From IMG/VR virus record IMGVR_UViG_3300047476_001180, positions 2,603 to 66,602 of that record: a DNA stretch of 64,000 nucleotides; one strand, given 5' to 3'. This DNA is from a virus. Below the pieces are notes generated by a model. It searched no databases. It had not been told where the DNA came from and was given only the letters and a program-made list of their open reading frames with translations. This document shows, one piece after another, positions 8,928 through 18,782 of this stretch. The translations under genes and the position numbers were made by a program. Every line of letters begins with the position of its first letter. Position 1 is the stretch's first letter.

Positions 8928-10538
8928 TTAACTTAGGTAAGTGTAGTTAAGAGTGCTTGGGTTAGTAGCTGTTTGAGCAGTACCAGCAGTAGTAAGATGA
9001 CCGTTATTAAGATCGCGAGCGATGATTAAGTGGTAGAAATTACCGGAACCGAAGAGATGATCAATAACACCATATCTTGTCATCATACCCACGTTTGGAG
9101 TGAATGTATGAGGAGAAATAGTTCTTTGAACAAGAACAGGGATATAAGGACAGTAAACGATACCTGTATCCCAGAATTCAGAACCTTTATAACCTAGAAG
9201 AGCATACTCAACTGGTTCTGCACGGATACCGGCAAGATATTGAGCTTCTGTTCTAGTATCACGATAGATATTGAACTGACCTGCGAGAGTTCCGACGCGA
9301 GCTACACCATTTGGGTGAACTTGGATATTTGAAGAAATTTCAAATGCACGGAATTCAGGAAGCAACTGAAGGATTGTACAAACCTTTGGAGTTGCGATGA
9401 TGAAGTTTGCAGGACCACGACGGTTACGAATCGCAATACGATTTGCTTCCACCACGATTTTTGCATAGAAATCAACACCACGTTCTGCGAACCAACGTCC
9501 GTCAGCAAGTTGTGGTTTCCAGATAGAATATCCAGTACCAAATCCACTATTAAGTGAAACTTGGATCATACGGATAACCATTTCACGATCAATTTCCGCT
9601 TGAATTTCATAGGACATTGCATTGGTCATTTCTGAGTCAATGTCAATACCGTTCATATTCATAAGGTCTTGTTCGAGTTCCATAGACCAAGATGTTCCAA
9701 GACGACGAGTACCAGCTTCAACAGCTTGTTTCTCGATACGAAGGGACATTGTAGGAATATTGCTAGAAGCTTCGAAGTGGCTAAGAAGTTGAGCAACACC
9801 AGAGTCTTGTGGAGTGAAGTCGAAGACAGATCCAGAAGTAGAATTTGAAGTAGTGGAACCTGCACCAGAAAGACCAGCAGCAGAAATACCAGTGTGACCA
9901 GTGAAAAGTTTCTGATAACCAGCTTCATCATTAGAAGTACCAAGATGACCTGTTGGGAAAGTTTTGCCACCTACTGCACAACCCTTATCATTATAAGGAC
10001 TACATGCGAGAGGAGATTCGTCATAGAAATAACGAAGAGCAAATGCAAGACCTACAGGACCGCTCATAGGCTGAACACCGACGATTTCATGAGTAATTAA
10101 CTCAGGGAATGTACGACGAATCATAGGAATGAGTGTCTTTGGAAGACGTGCATCACCAGGAGCATAGAAATCTTGGTTTCCACCAGTTCCAGGACCATAT
10201 TGAGCACCATGAGCACCATTGTTAGCGGTAGCACCCCATACGGTGTCACTTCCACCAGCAACAAACGGAGTGTTAGCAGCACCACCCAATGAAGGAGCAC
10301 CATTCAATGGAGCTTCTTGAAGAAGTTGGCGAGGCATAAGACCGTTTTGACGGAGCCAGGTTTCTTGGTTTTCGCACATAAGTGCGGTTGCCAAACGTTT
10401 TTGATAGCCTTCGATAGGCTTAGTTTGTGAGTCGGTAAAGTCTAGGATTTTATTCCATTTACCGATGAGGGCACGCCCACGTTCTTTATTGATCATGGAG
10501 GGAGCCGAGTCTACGTAGTTTGAAGCTAGTGATTGCAT
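8928..10538 (-). CDS. Major capsid protein (T4 gp23-like)
   Basis: IPMIRRTFP, GVQPMSGPVGLAFALRY, ELEQDL, EIQAEIDRE, YCPYIP, TRYG; probable maturation site LLQE/A. Confidence 0.98.
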   Translation of the reverse strand: MQSLASNYVDSAPSMINKERGRALIGKWNKILDFTDSQTKPIEGYQKRLATALMCENQETWLRQNGLMPRQLLQEAPLNGAPSLGGAANTPFVAGGSDTVWGATANNGAHGAQYGPGTGGNQDFYAPGDARLPKTLIPMIRRTFPELITHEIVGVQPMSGPVGLAFALRYFYDESPLACSPYNDKGCAVGGKTFPTGHLGTSNDEAGYQKLFTGHTGISAAGLSGAGSTTSNSTSGSVFDFTPQDSGVAQLLSHFEASSNIPTMSLRIEKQAVEAGTRRLGTSWSMELEQDLMNMNGIDIDSEMTNAMSYEIQAEIDREMVIRMIQVSLNSGFGTGYSIWKPQLADGRWFAERGVDFYAKIVVEANRIAIRNRRGPANFIIATPKVCTILQLLPEFRAFEISSNIQVHPNGVARVGTLAGQFNIYRDTRTEAQYLAGIRAEPVEYALLGYKGSEFWDTGIVYCPYIPVLVQRTISPHTFTPNVGMMTRYGVIDHLFGSGNFYHLIIARDLNNGHLTTAGTAQTATNPSTLNYTYLS

Positions 10539-10562
10539 ATATTTTTATTTATTGTTTTGTTT

Positions 10563-11453
10563 TTATTTTCTGTATTTCATACCCTCAACATACATATCCA
10601 TTGGGTCATTTGAGATATTTGTACGTGATTGGTTATGTTCAGTGTTTTCTTTTATTATTTCATCGGCTACCCTTGTCCGATCAACGTTTAGATTTTTACC
10701 TTCATTGATTAATGCCGAACGTTTTTCCTGTTTTTGGGAACGTTTATACAAATCAAGGACATATTGGAAATTTTCTTTGATAAATTCTGGCGACTTTCCT
10801 TCTAAGCGACTGCGAACGAATTTCGCAACATTGCTAGGGAGATTGGAAACCTTTTTAGTGAGAATATTTTTACTCTCTTCCATGAGTTGGTATTTTTTAA
10901 GTTCGGCGTTCTCTTTTACAAGAGTGTCTACTTGTTTTTTACCATCCACTAAGGCTTCTTTTATATTATTCTTAATAAACTTTTCATCCACACCAAGAAT
11001 CTTACGAGCCTCTTCGATCTGTTTAAGTGCATATTGATTTCTTGCTGCTTCTGCGATATGTTCACGCGGGAGATTTTTTTCAATATACATGTCGATAAAT
11101 TCATCAACACTTTCTAGAATAAAGTCACGATGTTGAATCGCGGTTTCTTTTAGAATTTTTTCATGTTGTTCTTTAATCTGGTTAAGTTTATCGATGTGAT
11201 CCTTGTTGATATGTTCGACGACCTGTTTAATTTTTGCAGTGTGGTCCTTGTCGATATTCTCAAGAACGATTTTACTAGCACGTTCAAATCTTTCCAATTG
11301 TAATTTAAGTGCATTTTCTACTTCGAGTGCAGAACGCGCTTCAACTTTTGCATTAACCTTTTCTTCTACAAGAGAAGCAATATTTTTGAGTATATCTTCG
11401 GAGAGAATCTCAGAATCTACCTTTTCGAATATAGTTTTTAATTCGTTTATCAT
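10563..11453 (-). CDS. Prohead core scaffolding protein (gp22-like)
   Basis: Helical E/K-rich protein directly upstream of gp23, ending DPMDMYVEGM. Confidence 0.85.
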   Translation of the reverse strand: MINELKTIFEKVDSEILSEDILKNIASLVEEKVNAKVEARSALEVENALKLQLERFERASKIVLENIDKDHTAKIKQVVEHINKDHIDKLNQIKEQHEKILKETAIQHRDFILESVDEFIDMYIEKNLPREHIAEAARNQYALKQIEEARKILGVDEKFIKNNIKEALVDGKKQVDTLVKENAELKKYQLMEESKNILTKKVSNLPSNVAKFVRSRLEGKSPEFIKENFQYVLDLYKRSQKQEKRSALINEGKNLNVDRTRVADEIIKENTEHNQSRTNISNDPMDMYVEGMKYRK

Positions 11454-11472
11454 AATAGTTATTTATAGAAAA

Positions 11473-11640
11473 TTATTTATTTTCCTTGAAAGATTGCATA
11501 ACTTGTGTGTATTCGCGTCTAAAGGCATCCTTGACCTTCAAATCTATTATTTCCTTCAAATCTCGTCCAGCCGCCGCTCGGTTTTCGGTAGTTAAATTAT
11601 ATATCATCTTCTGTATTTTAGCCTGTGCTTCACTAGTCAT
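11473..11640 (-). CDS. Small prohead core-like protein (gp67/gp68-like position)
   Basis: 55-aa helical protein (MTSEAQAK...) upstream of the scaffold; GTAAATA box before ATG 11640. Confidence 0.5.
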   Translation of the reverse strand: MTSEAQAKIQKMIYNLTTENRAAAGRDLKEIIDLKVKDAFRREYTQVMQSFKENK

Positions 11641-11708
11641 AGTATCTATATTTACATTTTTTAAGATAATATTTGCGTATAGAGGCAATAAATGTTAACG
11701 TGTATAGT

Positions 11709-11972
11709 ATGAAACTAATAAAATATGGCAATCCTTCGTGTGGACCTTGTAAAATGTTGGCACCTATTATAAAAACTGTTATTGAAAATATAGATGGATT
11801 AGAGTATGAGGATATTAATACTTTTGACGTTTCTCCAGACGTACTGATAAATGATGGAATCCGTTCGGTTCCGACTCTAATTCTATTAAAGGATGATAAA
11901 GAAGTTTGGCGGCATGTTGGACTCTTATCAAAGGACGTAATAATCGAAAACATTAAAAAACATAATGTCTAA
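11709..11972 (+). CDS. Thioredoxin
   Basis: CGPC active site, cis-Pro motif IRSVPTLIL, HVG. Confidence 0.92.
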   Translation: MKLIKYGNPSCGPCKMLAPIIKTVIENIDGLEYEDINTFDVSPDVLINDGIRSVPTLILLKDDKEVWRHVGLLSKDVIIENIKKHNV

Positions 11973-12480
11973 AATAGCATATAATATACCAAGGAGAATG
12001 GCTCTCAATGCCACATATCAAGATCCTGAAAAACATGCATGGATTTCTATCCAAGAACCTGATGATGAACATATAGCCAGTAAATTGGACGCATGTCCCA
12101 ACTTAAAGTTAAAGTTCTGGGATGTTACCATACCTCTACAGGATTTGCTCGATCCCGAAGAATATTATTATCCTGCATCAGACGAAGATATTCGAGATAT
12201 TTTTCAGTTTTTGATGCTTCATAAAGATAAACATATTATAAGTAATTGTGCGGCAGGAGTTTCGCGTAGTGGTGCAATTTCTCGATTCTGTCATGAATTC
12301 TTAGGACATGAATGGGACCAAGAAAGTCGCAACAGGAGTTATGCACATATTGGACCGAATAAGTATATATTCGAAAAATTAGTAGAAGAGTGGAATAGGT
12401 ACCACCAACTGAATAATCAGTATGATCCTCCTAAACCAACACCACTTATAGTAAATGATAAACGTAGAAAGTTTGATTAA
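11965..12480 (+). CDS. Cys-dependent (PTP/dual-specificity-like) phosphatase
   Basis: CX5R loop NCAAGVSRS, ISI, FWD, PN motifs. Confidence 0.85.
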   Translation: MSKIAYNIPRRMALNATYQDPEKHAWISIQEPDDEHIASKLDACPNLKLKFWDVTIPLQDLLDPEEYYYPASDEDIRDIFQFLMLHKDKHIISNCAAGVSRSGAISRFCHEFLGHEWDQESRNRSYAHIGPNKYIFEKLVEEWNRYHQLNNQYDPPKPTPLIVNDKRRKFD

Positions 12481-12677
12481 TTTTCTACGTATTTTTTAAG
12501 CTTCTTATAATACAAAGGCTCTTCGTCAAGATGAGCCTTTGTTATTTTTGCTATGTCGGCTTTGTTTCCGTGAGTAACATCATTGTGTTCTTTTTCCACG
12601 TCCAATCCCGAATTAACTTCAGACTTACCATATTTCTTGGTAAGATTTTTTACAATTTTATCAAATTCCGAAGTCAT
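12477..12677 (-). CDS. Small DUF5661-like protein
   Basis: GLDVEKEH...IAKITKAHLDEEPLYYKKLK pattern. Confidence 0.65.
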   Translation of the reverse strand: MTSEFDKIVKNLTKKYGKSEVNSGLDVEKEHNDVTHGNKADIAKITKAHLDEEPLYYKKLKKYVEN

Positions 12678-12910
12678 AATCTTCCTTGATGTAGATTTAT
12701 TAATTCATCCACATATGACTTTATAAACCTTATTTCATTTAAAAGTTGTTTCTTATATTCCTTCTCGTATGCGCGATTTGCAATAGTTTCTAGAGTATGA
12801 ATATGGGGAAGCATAGCCTTTACAGTCTTCAATTCTTCGGACTCATGTCCAGAGGAGGTTGCATAAAATGCATTTTGCATATTTTCGTATATAGATTCTA
12901 AATCTTTCAT
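12674..12910 (-). CDS. Hypothetical protein (MKDLESIYE N-terminus)
   Basis: ORF packed between the protease and DUF5661-like genes. Confidence 0.65.
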   Translation of the reverse strand: MKDLESIYENMQNAFYATSSGHESEELKTVKAMLPHIHTLETIANRAYEKEYKKQLLNEIRFIKSYVDELINLHQGRL

Positions 12911-12911
12911 A

Positions 12912-13598
12912 TTATAACGATTTTAGGAATGTTGCTAAACTTTCGACAATATGTTTTTTGATATCGTCGCGATGATGGGAAGGATACTTGGATAATTTCT
13001 TTTCAAGTTTCTCATATGCTTCTGCAACATATCCGTCATCACCTATAATATAGGACTTGTTTTCGAGAATTCCATTAACAAATTCAGAATTTGCACTAGG
13101 CTCATAAACTGCATCCACTGAAACTATAAGAGGTGATTTAACGTAATGTGCATCTGAATTAGAAGACTCTTCTATACGTCCTAAACATTTTGTAGAAAGT
13201 CCGAAACGCATATTATGCTTAATCAAACCTTCGAGAATTTTACCAGACGGATTTGAAGTTATAACTTCAGATTTTCCTATATAATAATCAGGGTTATGTT
13301 TATCTCTCTCAAGTGATACTATTTTATGTGCAAGTCTTTCTAATTTAATATCGGGGTCGTTGGAGTGGTTCAATTCCCCTCCTGCGCGATGATTGTTGAC
13401 ATATTCTTTTATAAATTTATTAACCGCAGGAGCCATTTCAGATTCCTCGTACACCCTATTATTTTTATTACGACGATTAACCATTATATACTGTCCAGTA
13501 AAATATAATTTCTTTTCATTATCGCGTGATTCTTGGACTGTTTCATATTCCAGGTCATAGAATGGCTGTTCAACAATTAATTTTCTTGATAATATCAT
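12912..13598 (-). CDS. Prohead maturation protease (gp21-like)
   Basis: NKNNRVY, GELNH, GLSTKCLG, VDAVYEPSA motifs. Confidence 0.95.
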   Translation of the reverse strand: MILSRKLIVEQPFYDLEYETVQESRDNEKKLYFTGQYIMVNRRNKNNRVYEESEMAPAVNKFIKEYVNNHRAGGELNHSNDPDIKLERLAHKIVSLERDKHNPDYYIGKSEVITSNPSGKILEGLIKHNMRFGLSTKCLGRIEESSNSDAHYVKSPLIVSVDAVYEPSANSEFVNGILENKSYIIGDDGYVAEAYEKLEKKLSKYPSHHRDDIKKHIVESLATFLKSL

Positions 13599-13620
13599 AT
13601 ATGTTTATATTTATACTTAA

Positions 13621-14406
13621 TTATAGATAATCACCATATATACTATTTTTTGGTTGATCAAATTCAGATTTTGCAAAGGAATCCGCATCACCAGAACCCG
13701 TTCCCATTTCTTCAGGATTTACTCCACCTGATAATCTACCAAACTCTGCGGAGTCTCCCGATGTTTGATCTAGGAACTTCTCGGGAGTTACTCCGGGTTC
13801 ATAGCTATAGTCAAAACGTTTACAGGTCAATTTCCAATAAAAATGACGACCCATAAAATCTGTAGGATTTATTTTATCATCTTTATCAATAACTTCCCAA
13901 CACATCGCAGTCTGTCCTAATGGTCTATCACAGGACGAATTGTCTATTATAAATAAATCTCCTGCAAGAGGAAAGGTTACTCCCTTCGACGGTCCCCACA
14001 CTGCTTCAAAGTCTTGTATAGGGATATATATTATGAGTTCAGCATCACTCATTATACCAAACTTAGTTAAAAACGTAGTATAACTTTTAAAATCAACGAT
14101 GGCTTTTAGTTTTCGTGCATAATGGTAGCCACTAGTTGGATCTTCACCATATAAGAAATTATGTGTATTAAAATTATATTTTACTGGTTGATATGAAATA
14201 GTCTGACCGAATTGATTGACATAACTTCTAACTTGTTGGTGATGATTTGTAATCATCGTCGATTCTTGGTTGGCACATGTCGGAACATATGGATTATCTT
14301 GAACATTGTTCGGAGATATATTACCCACTGCATTCTCTTTATCATTTACAGGATTAAAAGAGAAATTTCTCTGAGGATTAAAAGGTGTTGAAATATTATA
14401 TGCCAC
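13621..14406 (-). CDS. Neck/head-closure protein (gp14-like)
   Basis: LYGEDP, KFGI, PLAGDL, WKLTCKRFDYSYE. GTG start at 14406 chosen from the ATAAGTA-5nt box. Confidence 0.85.
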   Translation of the reverse strand: MAYNISTPFNPQRNFSFNPVNDKENAVGNISPNNVQDNPYVPTCANQESTMITNHHQQVRSYVNQFGQTISYQPVKYNFNTHNFLYGEDPTSGYHYARKLKAIVDFKSYTTFLTKFGIMSDAELIIYIPIQDFEAVWGPSKGVTFPLAGDLFIIDNSSCDRPLGQTAMCWEVIDKDDKINPTDFMGRHFYWKLTCKRFDYSYEPGVTPEKFLDQTSGDSAEFGRLSGGVNPEEMGTGSGDADSFAKSEFDQPKNSIYGDYL

Positions 14407-14429
14407 CTCTTTACTTATAAATAGTAACA

Positions 14430-15686
14430 ATGAACGATTACAACTTCCATAATGAAATACAGAAAGCATTAAAAATGTTTGAATCTGCATTTGATGATGT
14501 ATCTATTCGCAGATATGAGGATGGGACGGGATTTACAAAAGATTGGATCAAATTAAATTTCTATTATGGTCCCAAGTCGAGATTATTAGCAGATCTTAAA
14601 GGCCAAACAGACACTATTAAATTTCCAGTTGCAGCAGTTATTCCAACAGCTATGGGACGTGATCCAGAACGAGTTAAAAATAAATTGGAGGAGGATTTGT
14701 ATAGAAAACCAGATGGGAGCTATGCTCGTTTAAAAAGAATTCCGTGGAATATAAATGTTGAACTTACTATAATGGCAAAGTATCAAACTGATATTGATCA
14801 GATAGTTCAAAACTTTGCTGTTCATAATGATCCTTACATAGTTTTTTCTTGGCAAGAACCACGAACAGGAAAAGAGGTTAGGACCGAAGTACTGTGGGAT
14901 AATAATGTGTCTATAGATTATCCAATTGACCTAGATCACACTAAACCCTATAGATTTATTGCAAAAGCCAATTTTACTATAAAAACGTGGCTATTCCGTT
15001 CGGATTTATCACCAGTAGCAAATATATGCAAAATAAACGCTGACTATATATTCACTGATAAATTCTACTGTAATTATGAAACATTAATAGAGAACACAAG
15101 TGCAAACCAGACAGATTCCTATACATTATCTGGTAGACCAGTTCTTAGATATGTTGCTCCGTATTTTATTAAAACAGGTGATACTCCTAATATAAAATTA
15201 CAAGGATATAATTTGGATTCAGTAGATAGTCTATATGTCAGTGCATCGAATGGAATGTATGACTTGACTGATTATGATCCATTATCATCTGGTTCAATAG
15301 CATTTAAAGGATTATTAATTGATCAATTTGAAAAATCACCTAATTCATTGACATTTGTATTACCCGCCCCTTCAGGATTAGGATTTATAGATATTATCGC
15401 TGTTAATGAATGTGGATGGGGGAAACTCACAGAGGATGCTAATAGATGTAGTCGAGTTGAGAATCCATATCCTATAACTAACCCAGAGCACTATAATTGG
15501 TGTGTATTACAGTTTCCTTATATAAACGGTCTTATTAGCACTAATGATCTAAATACGGATGTATTAGATAAATCTGCTCAAATTATAACACTTGAGGAAG
15601 AACCTGTATTAGATAGAGATACTATCTTACAAAAAATACGAGAACTCATGGAATTAGGCTCAATAACAGTTGACGATTTGAATTAG
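14430..15686 (+). CDS. Tail sheath terminator (gp15-like) with C-terminal Ig/IPT-like extension
   Basis: FHNEI, YGPK, PWNINVELTIMAKYQTDIDQIVQNF...P, FTIKTWLF; extension RPVLRYVAP...LQGYN...DIIAVNECG. Confidence 0.85.
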   Translation: MNDYNFHNEIQKALKMFESAFDDVSIRRYEDGTGFTKDWIKLNFYYGPKSRLLADLKGQTDTIKFPVAAVIPTAMGRDPERVKNKLEEDLYRKPDGSYARLKRIPWNINVELTIMAKYQTDIDQIVQNFAVHNDPYIVFSWQEPRTGKEVRTEVLWDNNVSIDYPIDLDHTKPYRFIAKANFTIKTWLFRSDLSPVANICKINADYIFTDKFYCNYETLIENTSANQTDSYTLSGRPVLRYVAPYFIKTGDTPNIKLQGYNLDSVDSLYVSASNGMYDLTDYDPLSSGSIAFKGLLIDQFEKSPNSLTFVLPAPSGLGFIDIIAVNECGWGKLTEDANRCSRVENPYPITNPEHYNWCVLQFPYINGLISTNDLNTDVLDKSAQIITLEEEPVLDRDTILQKIRELMELGSITVDDLN

Positions 15687-15697
15687 TGTCGTATACT
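15670..15697 (+). promoter_or_regulatory. Sigma70-like promoter of the AAA-VWA pair
   Basis: TTGACG-16nt-TATACT, 7 nt before ATG 15705. Confidence 0.75.
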
Positions 15698-15704
15698 GTA
15701 CGAT

Positions 15705-17303
15705 ATGCTCAAATTTAATAAATGTAAGTTAAATGATAAACTTCTTGATCAATGGATTCATGCCGATGTTAATGTTTTATTAATCGGAGAAAAAGGTGTC
15801 GGTAAATCAGCACAAATATTAAATGCATTCGATAGAAATAAATTGAAATATGCATATTTTTCTGGTGCCACACTTGATCCATGGATTCATCTCCTAGGAA
15901 TACCAAAAGCTAAAGTTCAACAAGATGGAAAAGAAAAAATGGAATTTATTCTACCTGAAAATCTTGATAATGATGTTCAGGCTATTTTCTGTGACGAGTG
16001 GAATAGAACTAATAAAGTAGTAAGAAATGCATTATTAGAACTTCAGCAGTTTAAGTCTATTAACGGTCGTAAGTTTCCTAATCTCAAAATAGTTTGGGGG
16101 GCTGTTAATCCTCCAAAAGATGATTCTGATGACAGTTCTGCCGATTATGATGTAGATGAATTAGATCCAGCGCAATTAGACCGTTTCCATATAATTGTAG
16201 AATTGCCGAATGAGCCTGATCTAACGTTCTTTAAAAAGAGATTCGGTGAGTATTATGGCAAAATACTAGTAGATTGGTGGAAAGAACAATCTGTAGAATC
16301 TAAGAAGATTTTGAGTCCTCGTAGGTTAGAGTATATAGGAGATTCTTTTAACAAAGGTCTCGATGTTAAATTTTTACTTCCTGCATCTGCCAATGCGGGG
16401 GTTTTGATAAAAAAACTTTCGTCGGATGAAAGTGAAGAGTTAATTCGAAAATTATTAGAGTCGCCAAACGACGAAGAAATGATAGAATTTGTTAAGAACG
16501 ATGATAAATTCTTAAAGTATAGAGGAAAATTAAAAGAATCTAAATATTGGAAATACTGGGAACATGCCAATCCCGAATTTGTGGTAAACGAAATAAAAAC
16601 AAACGAGAATTTTGCTAATTTTGCCATGTATAAAATCTGTAAAAATTCTAATTTTTATAAAGAGCAATTAGTAGAAATATCTAAGTCTGACCCCTCCAAC
16701 GAACTCCTAAGAATAATAAAAGTGTTAAAAGCGCAAAAGTATACTCCACCTGATGAATGTAATATTTCGCAATTGGTAGGGGATGGCATTAAATTCCCTG
16801 TAATACCTATATTACAGGCATCACAGCCAGACACCTTTTCTACTGATTATCGGTTTGCTCCGTTTGTTCCGATAACATCAACAAAATTTTCACCAGAATC
16901 TCTAGGATCTGGGAGCAATATCAATACGGCTGTTAGGAATATTTTACTAGATTTATTGCAAACTAACATTTACAGTGTTCCAATCAACAGAAGTAGTAGT
17001 TTTATTCTAGGATGCCTATCATCCATGCAAGCAGGAACTATACAAAAAAATAAAGCATTTATACCATTATTAGGTACTATGTGCATTTTGGTGAAAAAAC
17101 ACTTTGATGAGAATACACTCAAAAGGATAGCAGATATCATATTAAACAATAGAAGCAAAATATCGTCTAACCGAATAGAAGATTTTACTGAATATCTCTT
17201 AGGAAAACCCACAAATCTTTTTATGGGAGTTCCTGAAGAATTCCTACAAAAAATAAAAGATATCAAATCTATGATGAAAGCGTTTTCCGAAAGTAAGTTA
17301 TGA
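15705..17303 (+). CDS. MoxR/dynein-related AAA+ ATPase
   Basis: Walker A GEKGVGKS, Walker B IFCDEWNR, AVNP, LDPAQLDRF, sensor-2 SPR. Confidence 0.9.
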   Translation: MLKFNKCKLNDKLLDQWIHADVNVLLIGEKGVGKSAQILNAFDRNKLKYAYFSGATLDPWIHLLGIPKAKVQQDGKEKMEFILPENLDNDVQAIFCDEWNRTNKVVRNALLELQQFKSINGRKFPNLKIVWGAVNPPKDDSDDSSADYDVDELDPAQLDRFHIIVELPNEPDLTFFKKRFGEYYGKILVDWWKEQSVESKKILSPRRLEYIGDSFNKGLDVKFLLPASANAGVLIKKLSSDESEELIRKLLESPNDEEMIEFVKNDDKFLKYRGKLKESKYWKYWEHANPEFVVNEIKTNENFANFAMYKICKNSNFYKEQLVEISKSDPSNELLRIIKVLKAQKYTPPDECNISQLVGDGIKFPVIPILQASQPDTFSTDYRFAPFVPITSTKFSPESLGSGSNINTAVRNILLDLLQTNIYSVPINRSSSFILGCLSSMQAGTIQKNKAFIPLLGTMCILVKKHFDENTLKRIADIILNNRSKISSNRIEDFTEYLLGKPTNLFMGVPEEFLQKIKDIKSMMKAFSESKL

Positions 17304-18544
17304 ACATAGAAGATAAGCTAGAAATCGCCCAAAAACTCCAAAAACACCACTATCTATTTAGGAGTTTTTGGGATATCGGCAATCCTATAGTTGGAAAATT
17401 TGAAGATTTAGACACGGCGGCAATTACCTTTAATGAGCAGGGAGATTCTCTGAATTTACTAATAAATGAAGAATTTTGGCAATCTTTAAATGCTGATACT
17501 AGACTTTTCCTCATATGCCATGAGATGTTGCACGTTGTTCTACGGCATGGGTTTAGGTTTAAACATTATTTCAAAACCGAAGATTTTTCAACTATGAATA
17601 TTGCAGCGGATGTCGTTATAAACGAAATGCTTATTTCGGGATTTGGGTTTAATAGGTATGCACTAGATACTAAATTAGCTAATGAGGGATGCTGGATGAA
17701 TACAGTTTTTAAAAACGATAATAACATTCGTAGAGATGAAAGTACGGAATATTATTTCAATAAACTTAAGACCAATACTCCTTTACAGAATTTATATTCT
17801 ATAGACAAGCATTTAATACTAACTGATGAGCAACAAACAAATATTCAAAAACAGTTAGAAGATTCAGGTGTGTTAGACAATATTGATAATTCCTTTATAG
17901 ATAATATTCCAAAATCTTGCAAATCTGATGTTATAGCGGGTTACGGCTTAGGAAAGAATATTTCTATCAAGGCTCCTTTTAGAAGAAAGGCCAAGTGGGA
18001 AACCATTATTAAAAAATGGGAATCTTTTTATAAGAAGGAAGATATTCATCATTTTGAACGATGGGATCGAATAAATCCGAGATATTCCCATATATTATCC
18101 GATAATACACACCTTCCCTCTGAACATAGGGTATTAGATGAACATCTGGTTAAAGATAAAATCGATGTGTACTTTTTTCTGGATACATCAGGTTCTTGTA
18201 TAAATCTAGCTGATAGATTTTTTAAAGCCGCTAGAAGTCTAAATCCTAAAAAATTCAACATAAGATTGTTTTGTTTTGATACTGTTGTGAAAGAAACGAA
18301 TATTATTTCTAATAATATATACGGTGGTGGAGGTACAAATTTCGGTATAATAGAAAATAAAATTCAAAGTATAATGAAAACCGAGAACAAGAAATATCCC
18401 CATGCGGTATGGATTATTTCGGACGGATATGGTACTACTGTAGTTCCTGAAAAACCGGAAAAATGGTACTGGTTCTTATCCAGTGACTACCGAAACTACA
18501 TTCCTAAAAAATCTAAGGTTTATAAATTATCAGATTTTGAATAA
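17300..18544 (+). CDS. Metallopeptidase + VWA-like protein (DUF2201-type)
   Basis: HEMLH, NIAADVVIN, MIDAS DTSGS, GGGT, ISDG; overlaps the AAA stop (ATGA). Confidence 0.88.
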   Translation: MNIEDKLEIAQKLQKHHYLFRSFWDIGNPIVGKFEDLDTAAITFNEQGDSLNLLINEEFWQSLNADTRLFLICHEMLHVVLRHGFRFKHYFKTEDFSTMNIAADVVINEMLISGFGFNRYALDTKLANEGCWMNTVFKNDNNIRRDESTEYYFNKLKTNTPLQNLYSIDKHLILTDEQQTNIQKQLEDSGVLDNIDNSFIDNIPKSCKSDVIAGYGLGKNISIKAPFRRKAKWETIIKKWESFYKKEDIHHFERWDRINPRYSHILSDNTHLPSEHRVLDEHLVKDKIDVYFFLDTSGSCINLADRFFKAARSLNPKKFNIRLFCFDTVVKETNIISNNIYGGGGTNFGIIENKIQSIMKTENKKYPHAVWIISDGYGTTVVPEKPEKWYWFLSSDYRNYIPKKSKVYKLSDFE

Positions 18545-18748
18545 TTAGAACATTAAGCGATCATTCAAATCCTTGATATCCTTTTCGTCGTTAATAGGTT
18601 TTTCTATTATATGAGAAACCTCTTTTTTAACTTCTTCAACGTGTTTTATTTCTTTTTTTCGTTTAGATGTTTGAATCAGATTCTGTATAAATCCCCCAAA
18701 TGTTTGGACGATTTTAAAAAGATCGAATATCATAGTAAGGTATTTCAT
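18545..18748 (-). CDS. Small late protein with amphipathic N-terminus
   Basis: ORF with a TATAAATA box; hydrophobic N-terminal helix followed by a charged coil. Confidence 0.55.
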   Translation of the reverse strand: MKYLTMIFDLFKIVQTFGGFIQNLIQTSKRKKEIKHVEEVKKEVSHIIEKPINDEKDIKDLNDRLMF

Positions 18749-18753
18749 AATAG

Positions 18754-18777
18754 TATTTATAATCCAGATTATAAATA
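18754..18777. promoter_or_regulatory. Back-to-back T4-type late promoters forming a palindrome
   Basis: TATTTATAAT-ccag-ATTATAAATA between divergent genes starting at 18748(-) and 18783(+). Confidence 0.8.
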
Positions 18778-18782
18778 ACTAT

